From the IMG/VR virus record IMGVR_UViG_3300028886_000037, positions 32,001-96,000 of that record: a stretch of 64,000 nucleotides of DNA; one strand, 5' to 3'. The position numbers were made by a program, and so were the translations under genes. The notes beneath the pieces were generated by a model, which saw only the letters and a list, made by a program, of their open reading frames with translations, was not told the origin of the DNA and searched no databases. Of the stretch, positions 1 through 10,009 are shown one piece after another. Numbering within the stretch: position 1 is the first letter of the stretch; every line of letters begins with the position of its first letter. This DNA is from a virus (taxonomy: Duplodnaviria > Caudoviricetes).

Positions 1-1173
1 TGCGATCGTCCAGTCGTCGTACGCGAACTCGTCTTTGAGCCGCATCATGAGATCCCAAGTGTAGTTCTGGGTCCTGTACGTGCGGATCTTCGCTTGAGAG
101 TCTGCTTCGATCTCGGGCCAAGACTTTCCCTCGAGAGCGTTTATCTTGCTGAACAGAGCTCTCTGAGCTGAGTTCCAGTCGAAGGTCTCGAAGCTGGCGA
201 AGTTGGACTTGCAGAGGCACTTGAGGGTGTGGACTAGATCTTCGACAGAGTACCCCATCTCGTACTTGAGGTTGCACTTGTACCACTGCGGTACTAAGTG
301 AAGGATCCAGTTGCAAGCCGTCTTGTACCGGTTTCCCTCGCGGATGTGCCAGTCTCCCTTGACGCGATTCTTGTACGTGAACGGCGGGTAGATAGAGAAC
401 GGCTTGTCTTGCAGCTCTCCGATTCCCAGAGCTCTCGCTAGCATCTTGGAGTTGTAGGGTACGATTCTCAGCTCCTTCGGCTCTCCCTCTTTCGACTTCC
501 TCTTGAACTCCACGTACTCTGTGAACTTTCTGATGATGACCGGGTCTTTGTCGTCTTTAGGCTTCAGGATCTGGTGGCAGAAGAACTCCGTTCCCTCTGG
601 AATCGACAGCTTGTAGTGTTCTCTCTGCGGCATTCCGTAGCAGACTTGATGCCAGTTCTGGTAGCATTTCGAGTCACATGTAACTTTTCTTTTACATACA
701 GACTCCAGCTCGGATATGATCTTGAATGTCTCTCGTTTCAGATCCTTGACGACGAACATGGGGTTCGCGGTCTCGACGTACAAGTGCCAGCGGAAGGGAG
801 TTCCAGATGTAGATGGATAGAAGACGATGCGGTTGTTAGTGATGAGCTTCAGCGCTTCTAGCTCGTCTTCGGTCACGTTCTCGCCGTTGTCGTTGTCTAG
901 ATCGATGAAGAGAAAGCGAGACGAGAAACTCTCTACTCCTATCTTCTGGACTCTCTTGACTGAGTGGCCGCTCGTGATCAGATCGATGTAGTCTTCGAAT
1001 GTGCAGCGCTTCACTCCGACTGGAAAGATTCCGTGTGATCCAGAAGAGTTCCAGATTCCGCGAATGCACTCTGGATCGTATTTAGTCCGGCCGTTCTTTC
1101 CCTCGCCGAGCTCCTTTGTCTTCACGTCGCTGATCCATAGCGAGTATTGAAGATATTCTGTGTATTTTTTCAT
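1..1173 (-). CDS. AEP-superfamily primase/polymerase-like (Rep-like) protein, runs off the window start
   Basis: Not in the ORF track because it is truncated. Manual translation from the ATG at 1173: MKKYTEYLQ...RFLFIDLDND (DxD motif I)...YPSTSGTPFRWHLY (SxG..H motif II)...REGNRY (PriCT-like). No stop before position 1. Confidence 0.6.
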   Translation of the reverse strand, partial: MKKYTEYLQYSLWISDVKTKELGEGKNGRTKYDPECIRGIWNSSGSHGIFPVGVKRCTFEDYIDLITSGHSVKRVQKIGVESFSSRFLFIDLDNDNGENVTEDELEALKLITNNRIVFYPSTSGTPFRWHLYVETANPMFVVKDLKRETFKIISELESVCKRKVTCDSKCYQNWHQVCYGMPQREHYKLSIPEGTEFFCHQILKPKDDKDPVIIRKFTEYVEFKRKSKEGEPKELRIVPYNSKMLARALGIGELQDKPFSIYPPFTYKNRVKGDWHIREGNRYKTACNWILHLVPQWYKCNLKYEMGYSVEDLVHTLKCLCKSNFASFETFDWNSAQRALFSKINALEGKSWPEIEADSQAKIRTYRTQNYTWDLMMRLKDEFAYDDWTIA

Positions 1174-1302
1174 GTAGGGTTAACCAAGTTATATTTATGT
1201 TCGAGTTGGGCTAAAATATAATACATTTCGTCCGCTATAATATAACTCTTCCAGATTAAAATGTGACAAATTATAACTTGTCCAGAAAAAAAGGTAATAA
1301 AA

Positions 1303-1989
1303 TCACTTCAGCTGGAGAAAACCCTGAGGATCGAACTTCACTTCGTAACGTGTGCTAGGTATCATCGTCTCGAAGTCGATGAATCCTATCGGGTAGAGAT
1401 TCTCATTCTTGTTGACTGCGATTAAGAACCCTGACGCCAAACTGATGCGGTCGCCAGACGTTACGATATTCTCTGCTTTTACGCCAGGAGTATCTCCGTT
1501 GAGGAAAGTCATCGGAACGCCATAAGAGTCGTACTCGACTTCGTCATAGACGCTCTTGAACGGAATCTCAGCTCCAAGAATCTTAGCATCGCTCTCGTCT
1601 TGTTCTATCGTATGACCGAGAAGTCTAGCGTTGAGCTTAGCTTTTTCAACAAATTTGTTTATATAGTTCGATCCGAGATCGAGTGAAGCTGACGCTGGGA
1701 TGTTGAAGATCTCTTCGTAAGTCTTGTCGGTCTCGCAGTCCAAGCCGTTCGAGTCAGATACCCACGGACGACAGTCCATGCGAGCAGACGGATAGCGGAA
1801 TGTCGAAGATGGAACGAAGTTGCTCTCGACCGAGCTTCTCGGAATCGATCCGTCTCCGTCTTCTGCTGGCTTGAAGGTGTCGTAATTTCCAGCAGACGTG
1901 AGAATGCACTCGAGGTCTCCGTATGTCAGAGACTTCGAGCTGTCGCTGAAGAGATAATCTATGAAAGTGTCGTATGCTTCATACTTCAT
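1303..1989 (-). CDS. Putative virion/tail structural protein (228 aa)
   Basis: ORF coupled to the 1881-aa gene. C-terminus GFLIAV...PIGFIDF...VKFDPQGFLQLK resembles a small phage tail-associated domain. Confidence 0.4.
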   Translation of the reverse strand: MKYEAYDTFIDYLFSDSSKSLTYGDLECILTSAGNYDTFKPAEDGDGSIPRSSVESNFVPSSTFRYPSARMDCRPWVSDSNGLDCETDKTYEEIFNIPASASLDLGSNYINKFVEKAKLNARLLGHTIEQDESDAKILGAEIPFKSVYDEVEYDSYGVPMTFLNGDTPGVKAENIVTSGDRISLASGFLIAVNKNENLYPIGFIDFETMIPSTRYEVKFDPQGFLQLK

Positions 1990-1991
1990 TG

Positions 1992-4900
1992 TTAGTTCTC
2001 CACCTTGATCTCAGTCAAGAGTCCGTAATTCTTGTCATCTCCATCGAACTTGTTCTTCTTAGGAAGCTGAGCGATGTAGCAGCCAGATACGAGATCTCGT
2101 CCATATCCGCCATCGATGAATGCGACTAGATCACGATTCTCGTCAGACAGAAGAATGCCACGGAAGTCGTCGCCCTCGATAGCTCTTCCCTCTTCGAACT
2201 GCATGTTCGGATCTTCGTCGTTCTCGTTCTCTCTGTTCAAGAGCTCGATGATAGACCAGTCAGACGGAAGGTAGCCGAGATGGATGTTGGATCCGTCGTT
2301 CATGCAGTACTTCTTACCCTTCATAGCGTACTGGATCCACGGATTCTCTTCGATGTACTTGTCGTTCTGGTGGATCCATAGACCTCTTACGCCCTTCTTG
2401 TCTTTTCCGTAACGGATAGTGAAGTCTAGCGGCATCTTGTCTCTGTCGAGATCTCTCACATTCTTCATGTCGTAGTCCCACGTGAAGTAGCGGTCGGTGA
2501 TGCCGTTGTTCTTCTCGTATCTCGCGTTGAACGCGTCAAGGAGATACTGAAGCTCTGGACGAATCGGCATGTCTGATAAGAACTTCGAGATGTCCTTGTT
2601 GTAGATTCTATCAGCGTTGTGAAGCTCTGCATTCATGATCGGCTTGCTCAACTTTCTGTTCACGAAGTTCGGGTTGCCTCCGAACATCTGCATGTAGATG
2701 TCGTTGTAGTCAGAGCATGGAGCGTTGGCTGCCGGGCTCATGTGCATCGGGAAGTGCATGAGCAGATCATTGTAGTCGCCGTAGTACCAGATGTTAACTG
2801 GCATCAACAGCACGCTCGGCAGAAGATCGTAGGTCTTGCAGAGATGAGAGCGGACGAGATAGTCTGTCTCATCAGTTTCGTCGCTATCGTGCTTGACGCC
2901 GTAGATGATGTTGTGATTCCAGAATTTGAAATACTTGCTATAGTCAGAAGGACCATACCAGTTCTGATTGTAGTCGACCACTGGGTGAGCGGATGCCAAG
3001 AGCCAGTTGTTCACTTCTGGACCTTGACCTGTCATCCAGTCGTCCACGTTTACCGAGTAAGCTGGGAAGATGTTCGATCCGATTGGGAAGTTAGAGCTCT
3101 GCTTTGCTCTGTATCTTACACCAGTTGCAGCGAGGTCTGTCATCAAGAAGAAGTTCGTAGTGTCGAGAATGTTTCCGATGTTAGCCCATTCGACGACTGG
3201 CGAGAACACCTTCGAGAAGATCTTGAACAGCGCACGATTTCGATAGTCTTGCCAGCTCGTCTGAGCATCGCTATAGAAGTTCTCGTGACCACCGATGTAG
3301 ATGTTCTGGATAAGGAATTTCTGAACGAAGAGGTTCTCGAGCGTATCAGGTCCGCACTTGTCGATATTGCACCACGGAGAAGTTCCGATGTCGTTCTGAC
3401 GATATTCGTAGATTGCAGCAACGCCTCCGAACTTGTTAGCGATTGCGATCGAGCGATCGTTGAACTCTTCGATCTTCGTTCCGTCATACTTCTTAAGCAA
3501 GCTTCTGTTGATGAACTTTTCTGCGTTCTCTGTGAACTTGATGAAGCAGTTCTTGATGGATCCACAGTAAGCCGGATTCATCGAGAGAGCCATCTTAGAA
3601 ACTTTCTCTTGTCCCTCGTTTTCGTAAAGTGAGTACTCTCCACGATTTGACCAAGAGACACAGTGATTGATCATGCCTGCGATACCGCCGATGTTGTAGA
3701 TCGACTTCAACTTGTACTCGATCTCTTCGCCTATTTTGTCTTCCATGTCGTAGGCAGGAATGAGATGATAGTATTTCATGCTGCGATATTTGTAGCCGAC
3801 AGTACCAGGAACATAGTTTGCAAGATCTTCCGTGTAGTGATCTGTGTACTGAGACAGGTAGCTGCCGTGATACACATCTTCGACTGCTGAGATAGGAATT
3901 CTTAGACGCTGCACTGGAATCTTTGCGATCATCGGATAGACACGATACGTGTCAGCATCGTGTCCATCTGGTCTAGGACCAGAAGAGTGATTTACGTCCT
4001 CTTCGACGATGATGCTCATATCCACGTACATGTAGTCGAGGTTGCCAGCATTAGCGACATTCTCGTTTCCTAGAATATTCTGTTCTGTGGTCTCTACGAC
4101 TTTTGACTTAATTCTTGCGTTGGGCTTGATAGTTCCATCGGATTCTCGATCATAGTCCCATAGATCATCCTGACGCTCGTAATCTAGGAATACGCCAGAT
4201 ACGTCAGTATTCCAGTTCATTGCGCTAGACATATAGATGGAGTTCTGAGTTCTGTTAGCGATAGGAATCGAGATCTTGTTGACCTTGACTGCGTAGCCTT
4301 CTTCACCGACGATGTCCAAGAATCCTTCATTCTCTTCTGCGACTGAAGCGATATACTCACCGAACCGGTCGATAGAACTATTGTCTCTCGGAACGACCGT
4401 GAGCATGGTCTTCGCATTTCCGTAGTCATAATAGTTCTTTCCGTTGTACATGATCTCAGAAGTACTAATTTGATTGTATCTTGCGCTAGTTCCGTATAGA
4501 TCCCAATAACCTCTCTCGCTGATAGAGCAGAAGTAGTTTGGACGGTTTGCGCTAGTGTTGTAGTCTGCTAGCTTTGCTGACACGTTGTTTCCGAACCACA
4601 AGACTTCCTGATATCCGCTACATACTGAAGCGTATACGTGATTGTCGAAAGCTTTAGGACCGTTTCTGTCGGCTTTACTTTCACCCGGTTGCATGTACCA
4701 GACAAATTCGTCAAGATCTGTACCGAGATCCCAAGCCTCAGAAGTGTCGTTTGGACCAGTGTAGGCTGGAATATAATAATGTCCATCATGAATTTCTTTG
4801 TTTCTCGTACCAAACCAGCCAGGGCTACCACCAGCAAACGGTTGATCATTTCCTGGGAAGATAGCATTAGGATTCAGAGTTGGGTTAGCGAGCAACTCAC

Positions 4901-7637
4901 ATCCGACAGCTACTTTGGCATTCATGATGTTCTTCACGAACTCTAGAGCGTTATTCTTGGTCTTTCCACAGACGCCACTGAATGCTGGACAGTATTCTAG
5001 AACGTCTGCTAGCGTTACTTGATATGAGTCACCATTGGCTTTAGTCTTGGAAGGAAGTCCACCGACTGGATCTTTCTCAGATAGACCCTTTGCAGCGTCA
5101 CCGAGATAGCTTAGATCCATGTGCTCGATGACTGGACTTCCGAGATATCTGACAGCGTTGCTCAAAGCCGCAGAGTCGAACTTCAAGCATTCATAGATGT
5201 TGTCATCTTTGCTTGCGGTATACGGATTGTAGAGCTTGAATGTTGATCTCTCAGAAGCGATGTCGACTGGAAGTTCAGCCTTGATAGCGAATGACTGAAG
5301 AGCTGTTCCGTCTGGATCATACTCGTGGTCGTCAAGAGCAAAACGAAGCTTAGCGTTTCTCAGAGCTTCCGGAATTCCGGAGCCGATTGTAGCAGAGTCT
5401 TCAGTCTCGTAGCCAGGAAGCTTGAAGTTACAGAACTCTTGTGCTCTCTCGGGAGTGTTTCTCCTGTCGATCATGTTGAAGATGTAGTCAGTGTCTTTCA
5501 CTACATAGTCATCGCCGTCTTTTTCGATCTGAACTCCAGAAGCTACGATGTCATGGAACGTGTAGAAACGATCTGATGCTCGGATCGCGTCTGCGCTCGT
5601 TGCGCTGTACTTGATTCGGTCAGCTTCGCTCGTGATTCCGTGAGGAGACTGGTAGTAGTCCCAGTTGTAAGCGAATACGTTCACCTCGTTCGTGTAGCTC
5701 TCTTGATAATCTGGAGTGTAAGTTCTGTTGTCTGTGTACACTCGGCTCATTAACGGACTCGTCTCGGCTTCTTTCTCACTGAGAGGAACGATGTCGACGG
5801 TAGAGCTGATGTCATGAATGTCTCCACAGTTCTGCTTACCGCAGACGTTTCCGATGAATCCGACGAATGTGTCTTTTGCTTCTCTGATAGTGTGTCGGCA
5901 GTCGATGTTTCTGATCTCGCCGAAGTTGTTACCGACGATTGGTGAGCAGTAGTAAGCGATTCTGCTGTAAGGGTTCATCTTCTGGTGAATCGTAACTTGC
6001 TGATTGTACTTGCCTAGAGTAGCTAGCAGAATCTCGTCTCTGATCTGCTTTGTGATGTAAGTGCCGAACTCCCATTCGAGATGTCCGATGTCGTCGTTTA
6101 CTAGCGATCCAGCTGCTCCGATGTCATGACTATCCAGATCATTCCAGGTCTTGACACTGCCGAGATTGCCGATAGTGTTTGCGAGAACTATGTCTGCGAA
6201 GTTCTGATCATCTTCCATCGGAATTATCGGCGGAAAGTTTCGAGCGTTGAGCGGGTTGTTCGGGTCACTCGATGCTCTGAACACGTCACAGAATCCGACA
6301 TTGTCTTTGAAGGTGTGTTGACGGTAGTTGTTGAAAATCTTTAGAACCGTTCCGTCAGTTCCGATATGGTCTGTAGCTCTAGCAGTTCTACGGTCGATCG
6401 TTTCGCTGTTTGCGAGATTGATCTCTGAGAAGTGGTCTAGGTTGTAGTTTATCGGAGACAGGTAGTTCTTGCTCTCGTCAGAGCTGTTGACATAGTTACT
6501 GTATGCTCTAACGCCGAGAAGCGCTCTGAGGTTGTTGTCACTTCTCTTAGCAAGAGAAGCGTACCACTCGGTGTTAGAGTCGTCAGATAGCACAGTATTG
6601 AGTCTTGGATCAGACATATCGTTGAAGTAGCTGTCTGCGCCCTCAGCGAAATAGCCGACATACGGAATCACGTTGTATAGCGAGTTGATACAGAACTTGC
6701 TCGGGAAGAACGCGTTGTAGTTAGCGTTGTTCCAGACATTGTCTGCTGGCGAGTACTCGTACTTGTTGCTTGCTAGATAGACTTCGGGACAGAAGCCGTT
6801 GAACTGCATATCGCCAGAAGTGATGATGTTGTTGACGGTACCCCAGTTCGTACCGACGAGACCACCGACAACGACATCAGAGCAGTCATTACGGATCTTG
6901 TCGAGTGAGATCTTGTTAGAGCACTTGAAACGAAGGTTGTTGACGATAGCGTCTTTCACTACGCCGTCTCCGCCGAGATAGCCGATGACACCGTTAGAGT
7001 TCTCCTTACACTCGATCACGATGTTAGTGATTCTGTGGCCGTTGAAGTCCAAGATGCCCTGGAAAGGACGGTTGGGCTCATTACAGATCACAGTGTCGAG
7101 AAGCTGATAGCCCTCTGCTGGATTTCCGATGTCGTCACCCATCACGACGACGATTCTGTTGTTGAAGTTGTCTTTGTCGTTGCAGCGTTCCGAGATCCAC
7201 TTGAGCTGAGATTTCTTCTGAATGTAGTAGAAACCTGAGTTGATGTTCTCGTCGCTCTGGTAGATGTACTGGTCGAACTTCTCTTTCACTCTAGGATCAG
7301 CGTAACCGATCTCTCCGCTGTAAGTCTGGAGGAACTTCTCCCAGTTGTCAGGGTTCACGAAGATCGGCTTTTCTGATACGTCATTGTTGTAGTAGGCGCT
7401 GTACTCGACGCCGAACTCTTCGTATCTGAAGGTCGTCTGTTCTAGAGTCTTAGTGCCGTTGCCCTTTGCGTACTTGTTGAAGTCGTCAAGGGTCTTGTAC
7501 TGCTCTAGCTTGATTTCATCATTATCGAAGATGTCGATGAAGTCTGAAGTTACTGGTGTGCCGTGCACATCAAACATGTTCGGCACTTGACCATTTAAGA
7601 TTTTCTCTTTGAAGCTGTTAAAGAATACTTCTCGCAT
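1992..7637 (-). CDS. Very large putative tail fibre/spike or baseplate-attached protein (1881 aa) with GLUG/beta-helix-like rungs
   Basis: FQGILDFNGHRITNI, VGGLVGTNWGTVNNI, IGGIAG and FGGVAA motifs; Asn/Asp/Tyr-rich; late-promoter-like TGTAAATA immediately upstream. Confidence 0.55.
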   Translation of the reverse strand: MREVFFNSFKEKILNGQVPNMFDVHGTPVTSDFIDIFDNDEIKLEQYKTLDDFNKYAKGNGTKTLEQTTFRYEEFGVEYSAYYNNDVSEKPIFVNPDNWEKFLQTYSGEIGYADPRVKEKFDQYIYQSDENINSGFYYIQKKSQLKWISERCNDKDNFNNRIVVVMGDDIGNPAEGYQLLDTVICNEPNRPFQGILDFNGHRITNIVIECKENSNGVIGYLGGDGVVKDAIVNNLRFKCSNKISLDKIRNDCSDVVVGGLVGTNWGTVNNIITSGDMQFNGFCPEVYLASNKYEYSPADNVWNNANYNAFFPSKFCINSLYNVIPYVGYFAEGADSYFNDMSDPRLNTVLSDDSNTEWYASLAKRSDNNLRALLGVRAYSNYVNSSDESKNYLSPINYNLDHFSEINLANSETIDRRTARATDHIGTDGTVLKIFNNYRQHTFKDNVGFCDVFRASSDPNNPLNARNFPPIIPMEDDQNFADIVLANTIGNLGSVKTWNDLDSHDIGAAGSLVNDDIGHLEWEFGTYITKQIRDEILLATLGKYNQQVTIHQKMNPYSRIAYYCSPIVGNNFGEIRNIDCRHTIREAKDTFVGFIGNVCGKQNCGDIHDISSTVDIVPLSEKEAETSPLMSRVYTDNRTYTPDYQESYTNEVNVFAYNWDYYQSPHGITSEADRIKYSATSADAIRASDRFYTFHDIVASGVQIEKDGDDYVVKDTDYIFNMIDRRNTPERAQEFCNFKLPGYETEDSATIGSGIPEALRNAKLRFALDDHEYDPDGTALQSFAIKAELPVDIASERSTFKLYNPYTASKDDNIYECLKFDSAALSNAVRYLGSPVIEHMDLSYLGDAAKGLSEKDPVGGLPSKTKANGDSYQVTLADVLEYCPAFSGVCGKTKNNALEFVKNIMNAKVAVGCELLANPTLNPNAIFPGNDQPFAGGSPGWFGTRNKEIHDGHYYIPAYTGPNDTSEAWDLGTDLDEFVWYMQPGESKADRNGPKAFDNHVYASVCSGYQEVLWFGNNVSAKLADYNTSANRPNYFCSISERGYWDLYGTSARYNQISTSEIMYNGKNYYDYGNAKTMLTVVPRDNSSIDRFGEYIASVAEENEGFLDIVGEEGYAVKVNKISIPIANRTQNSIYMSSAMNWNTDVSGVFLDYERQDDLWDYDRESDGTIKPNARIKSKVVETTEQNILGNENVANAGNLDYMYVDMSIIVEEDVNHSSGPRPDGHDADTYRVYPMIAKIPVQRLRIPISAVEDVYHGSYLSQYTDHYTEDLANYVPGTVGYKYRSMKYYHLIPAYDMEDKIGEEIEYKLKSIYNIGGIAGMINHCVSWSNRGEYSLYENEGQEKVSKMALSMNPAYCGSIKNCFIKFTENAEKFINRSLLKKYDGTKIEEFNDRSIAIANKFGGVAAIYEYRQNDIGTSPWCNIDKCGPDTLENLFVQKFLIQNIYIGGHENFYSDAQTSWQDYRNRALFKIFSKVFSPVVEWANIGNILDTTNFFLMTDLAATGVRYRAKQSSNFPIGSNIFPAYSVNVDDWMTGQGPEVNNWLLASAHPVVDYNQNWYGPSDYSKYFKFWNHNIIYGVKHDSDETDETDYLVRSHLCKTYDLLPSVLLMPVNIWYYGDYNDLLMHFPMHMSPAANAPCSDYNDIYMQMFGGNPNFVNRKLSKPIMNAELHNADRIYNKDISKFLSDMPIRPELQYLLDAFNARYEKNNGITDRYFTWDYDMKNVRDLDRDKMPLDFTIRYGKDKKGVRGLWIHQNDKYIEENPWIQYAMKGKKYCMNDGSNIHLGYLPSDWSIIELLNRENENDEDPNMQFEEGRAIEGDDFRGILLSDENRDLVAFIDGGYGRDLVSGCYIAQLPKKNKFDGDDKNYGLLTEIKVEN

Positions 7638-7654
7638 GTATTATTTACATGCGA

Positions 7655-9556
7655 CTATCTCCAGCGCTTAGCGACATCGAGCATACCGTTGTCGTTGTCT
7701 CTCGATATGACTGTTCCAGTTGATAGCTTGAGAACCAACGCATTGTCTGAGACGTCATCGATGCTGTTGACTGGCGCGACCTTGTCTGGCGCTATCGTAG
7801 ACTCTTCGTAAGTGCTGATCGAAGTCGGACTCTCCTCGTCAATCGTGAATCTGTGATTGCTGAGAAGATAGTTTCCGTTGATCATCCAGTCATCGAAGCC
7901 GTAATCGTCATGCTTCTCGAACATAGCTTCACGGATGGCAGTCCAGTTGTCCACGTCGTCTTTGAAGATGTCTTGAATGCCTCCGACAGTGATCGTCTTG
8001 TCGAGAATCGTGCCACCAGACTCTTCAGTGCCTCTAGTGCTCGTCCAACGCTGCCAGTAGCACAACCATAGAAGATCGTCGTTTCCTCTCATGAAGCATG
8101 GATGTCCAATGTTCTTGTGCTCGTATCCGACAAGATCGCGGTTGTTCCAGTCGAGAATCTGATACGGTCGATTGATAATCTGGTAAGTGTTCTTGTTGTA
8201 GAGCTTGATCTTGCACTTGTCTCTCGGAAGTGAGATCCACATCGACCAGTTCTCTAACCAGTGGCTCTCTGACCACGAGTGACTGTCTTCGTTATCTACA
8301 TGAATGACGTGTTTCTTGTTCAATAGTGCACGTTTCTCCATCGCTTCAAAGCATCGAGGATCGAAACCATAGATGTTCAAGAATAGCAGTCTCGAAAGCG
8401 CATTGACACATTCAGGAGCGCCGTAGAGCAGCTCTGTCATCTGGTCTACGAAGTCATTGTCTGTAGTCGTGTTGTGCTTGATGTCAAGCGCTGCATTGCG
8501 AATCTGCGTGAATCGGTCAGCTAGATTGTTGTCCTCGATGATGATTCCATAGACCTGCAGATATTCGACATATTTGTCATCTGTCGCATTTCTGAGCTTG
8601 TCACAGAACAGCTGCAGAGATGATGCGACGATGTCTCTCGAGCTTCTCTTTCCGTATCTCTCATAAATCTCGAACATGGTCTTCACGGGCATCCAGTTTC
8701 TTCTGTAGCCGTTCCACATGTACATGCTGATACAGTTACGAGGCATGTTGTTCTCAGTGTTGTGAGAAGCGAGCATCTCTGGATATGGCTCGGCTTCAAC
8801 ATCTTCGTGATCGAGTGAGGACGCAGTAGCTAGCAGATTGTAGAGAAGTATTGGAAGTGTCATCACGTCTCTGATCGTAGATGCAGTAGCGAGCATCCTC
8901 GATGGAACTACGATGGAGTAATAGCTAAGCGTAGCAAGAGCATTTCCGACGATATTGTCACCGAAGATGAACTTGTTGATGTCTGCTGTTATCTCAGCTA
9001 CTTCCTCTGACGCTTTCTCTGTGATCTCTATCGACTTCTCATGAGTAGAAATCATAGAGATAGTCTTGAATGTATCGAGACCAGCTTTCCACCAGTCGCC
9101 TTTCTGGACATCATCAACGATTGTAACGATACCAGCAGATGCGAATTCCAAGAGCAAATTTCCCCATTCGCCAAATCTAGGAGAAGTCTTCTTGAACTCT
9201 GTCATGTCGTCTGTGATCTTGAAGTAACACCAGTTATCTAAGCTGTCTACCCAGAACCAGTCAGGTATCACGTTCTTGTCTGCTGGTGTCATTTGAGCAG
9301 CTTCAGTATCTTTTCCGAAGTCCTGAAGGTCACCGAGACTAACCATCGAATCACTCGGCTCTGGGTTTACCTCTTTCTCTGCTGTTCCATAGTAGTACTC
9401 GCTCGGTGACTGCCAACCATAAGTGTTGAGCATCTCCTCTCGGATCACATCTGCTACGCCCTGTTGTTCTGCGAGCTGAGTAGCAGTTCCTTCATACACG
9501 CCGTTCTTGGTGACGTTCTGTTGTTGTATATTGCTGTATCGTACAATTTCAGCCAT
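7655..9556 (-). CDS. Hypothetical late protein (633 aa), probably structural
   Basis: Long ORF with phage-typical codon usage; CATAAATA 4 nt upstream of the ATG. Confidence 0.5.
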   Translation of the reverse strand: MAEIVRYSNIQQQNVTKNGVYEGTATQLAEQQGVADVIREEMLNTYGWQSPSEYYYGTAEKEVNPEPSDSMVSLGDLQDFGKDTEAAQMTPADKNVIPDWFWVDSLDNWCYFKITDDMTEFKKTSPRFGEWGNLLLEFASAGIVTIVDDVQKGDWWKAGLDTFKTISMISTHEKSIEITEKASEEVAEITADINKFIFGDNIVGNALATLSYYSIVVPSRMLATASTIRDVMTLPILLYNLLATASSLDHEDVEAEPYPEMLASHNTENNMPRNCISMYMWNGYRRNWMPVKTMFEIYERYGKRSSRDIVASSLQLFCDKLRNATDDKYVEYLQVYGIIIEDNNLADRFTQIRNAALDIKHNTTTDNDFVDQMTELLYGAPECVNALSRLLFLNIYGFDPRCFEAMEKRALLNKKHVIHVDNEDSHSWSESHWLENWSMWISLPRDKCKIKLYNKNTYQIINRPYQILDWNNRDLVGYEHKNIGHPCFMRGNDDLLWLCYWQRWTSTRGTEESGGTILDKTITVGGIQDIFKDDVDNWTAIREAMFEKHDDYGFDDWMINGNYLLSNHRFTIDEESPTSISTYEESTIAPDKVAPVNSIDDVSDNALVLKLSTGTVISRDNDNGMLDVAKRWR

Positions 9557-9616
9557 ATAGTATTTATGAAGATTCTATCGATTATAAATAACAATATACA
9601 CGCTTAGGAGACCATT

Positions 9617-10000
9617 ATGAAACGCTTTCTAGAATTCATCAACGAGAATCAAGAGCTGAATGAAGCACTCAAGAGAAAGAAGATGATTCGTGATGGAAAG
9701 GTCGTAACCAAGTTCAAGACCACTGAACCTGGAGTCAAGCGTGTTGAATATGACGAGTACGGAAATGCGCACGAAGTCAGAATGACTCCGCAAGAGATTC
9801 TGAACAGAAAGCGTGGTGGAGCAGACAGTGAACCTGGCGAGAGGGGCCGTATCACTGGACAAAAGAAGCGTGCAGCCAAGGAACCGACTCGTGAACGCAA
9901 ATGGCAGCTCAGCATGAAAAAGCGTAAAGCTGCTGGTCTAAAGCACTACAACAAGAAATTTCCTGACGTAAACAGCGATCACGACGAGTCGAAGCTCTAG
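9617..10000 (+). CDS. Basic Lys/Arg-rich late protein with a capsid-targeting-like N-terminus (putative internal head/DNA-binding protein)
   Basis: TATAAATA at 9583-9590; SD AGGAG; starts MKRFLEFINENQELNEA followed by a very basic body. Confidence 0.55.
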   Translation: MKRFLEFINENQELNEALKRKKMIRDGKVVTKFKTTEPGVKRVEYDEYGNAHEVRMTPQEILNRKRGGADSEPGERGRITGQKKRAAKEPTRERKWQLSMKKRKAAGLKHYNKKFPDVNSDHDESKL

Positions 10001-10009
10001 GAGGCTCAC

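Noticed and set aside
2619-3632. Long antisense or alternate-frame ORFs (for example 2619..3632+, 57552..58232+, 42334..42939-, 40215..40790+)
   Set aside because: They shadow well-supported genes, an expected by-product of C/G-ending codon bias, and lack SDs, promoters or motifs.
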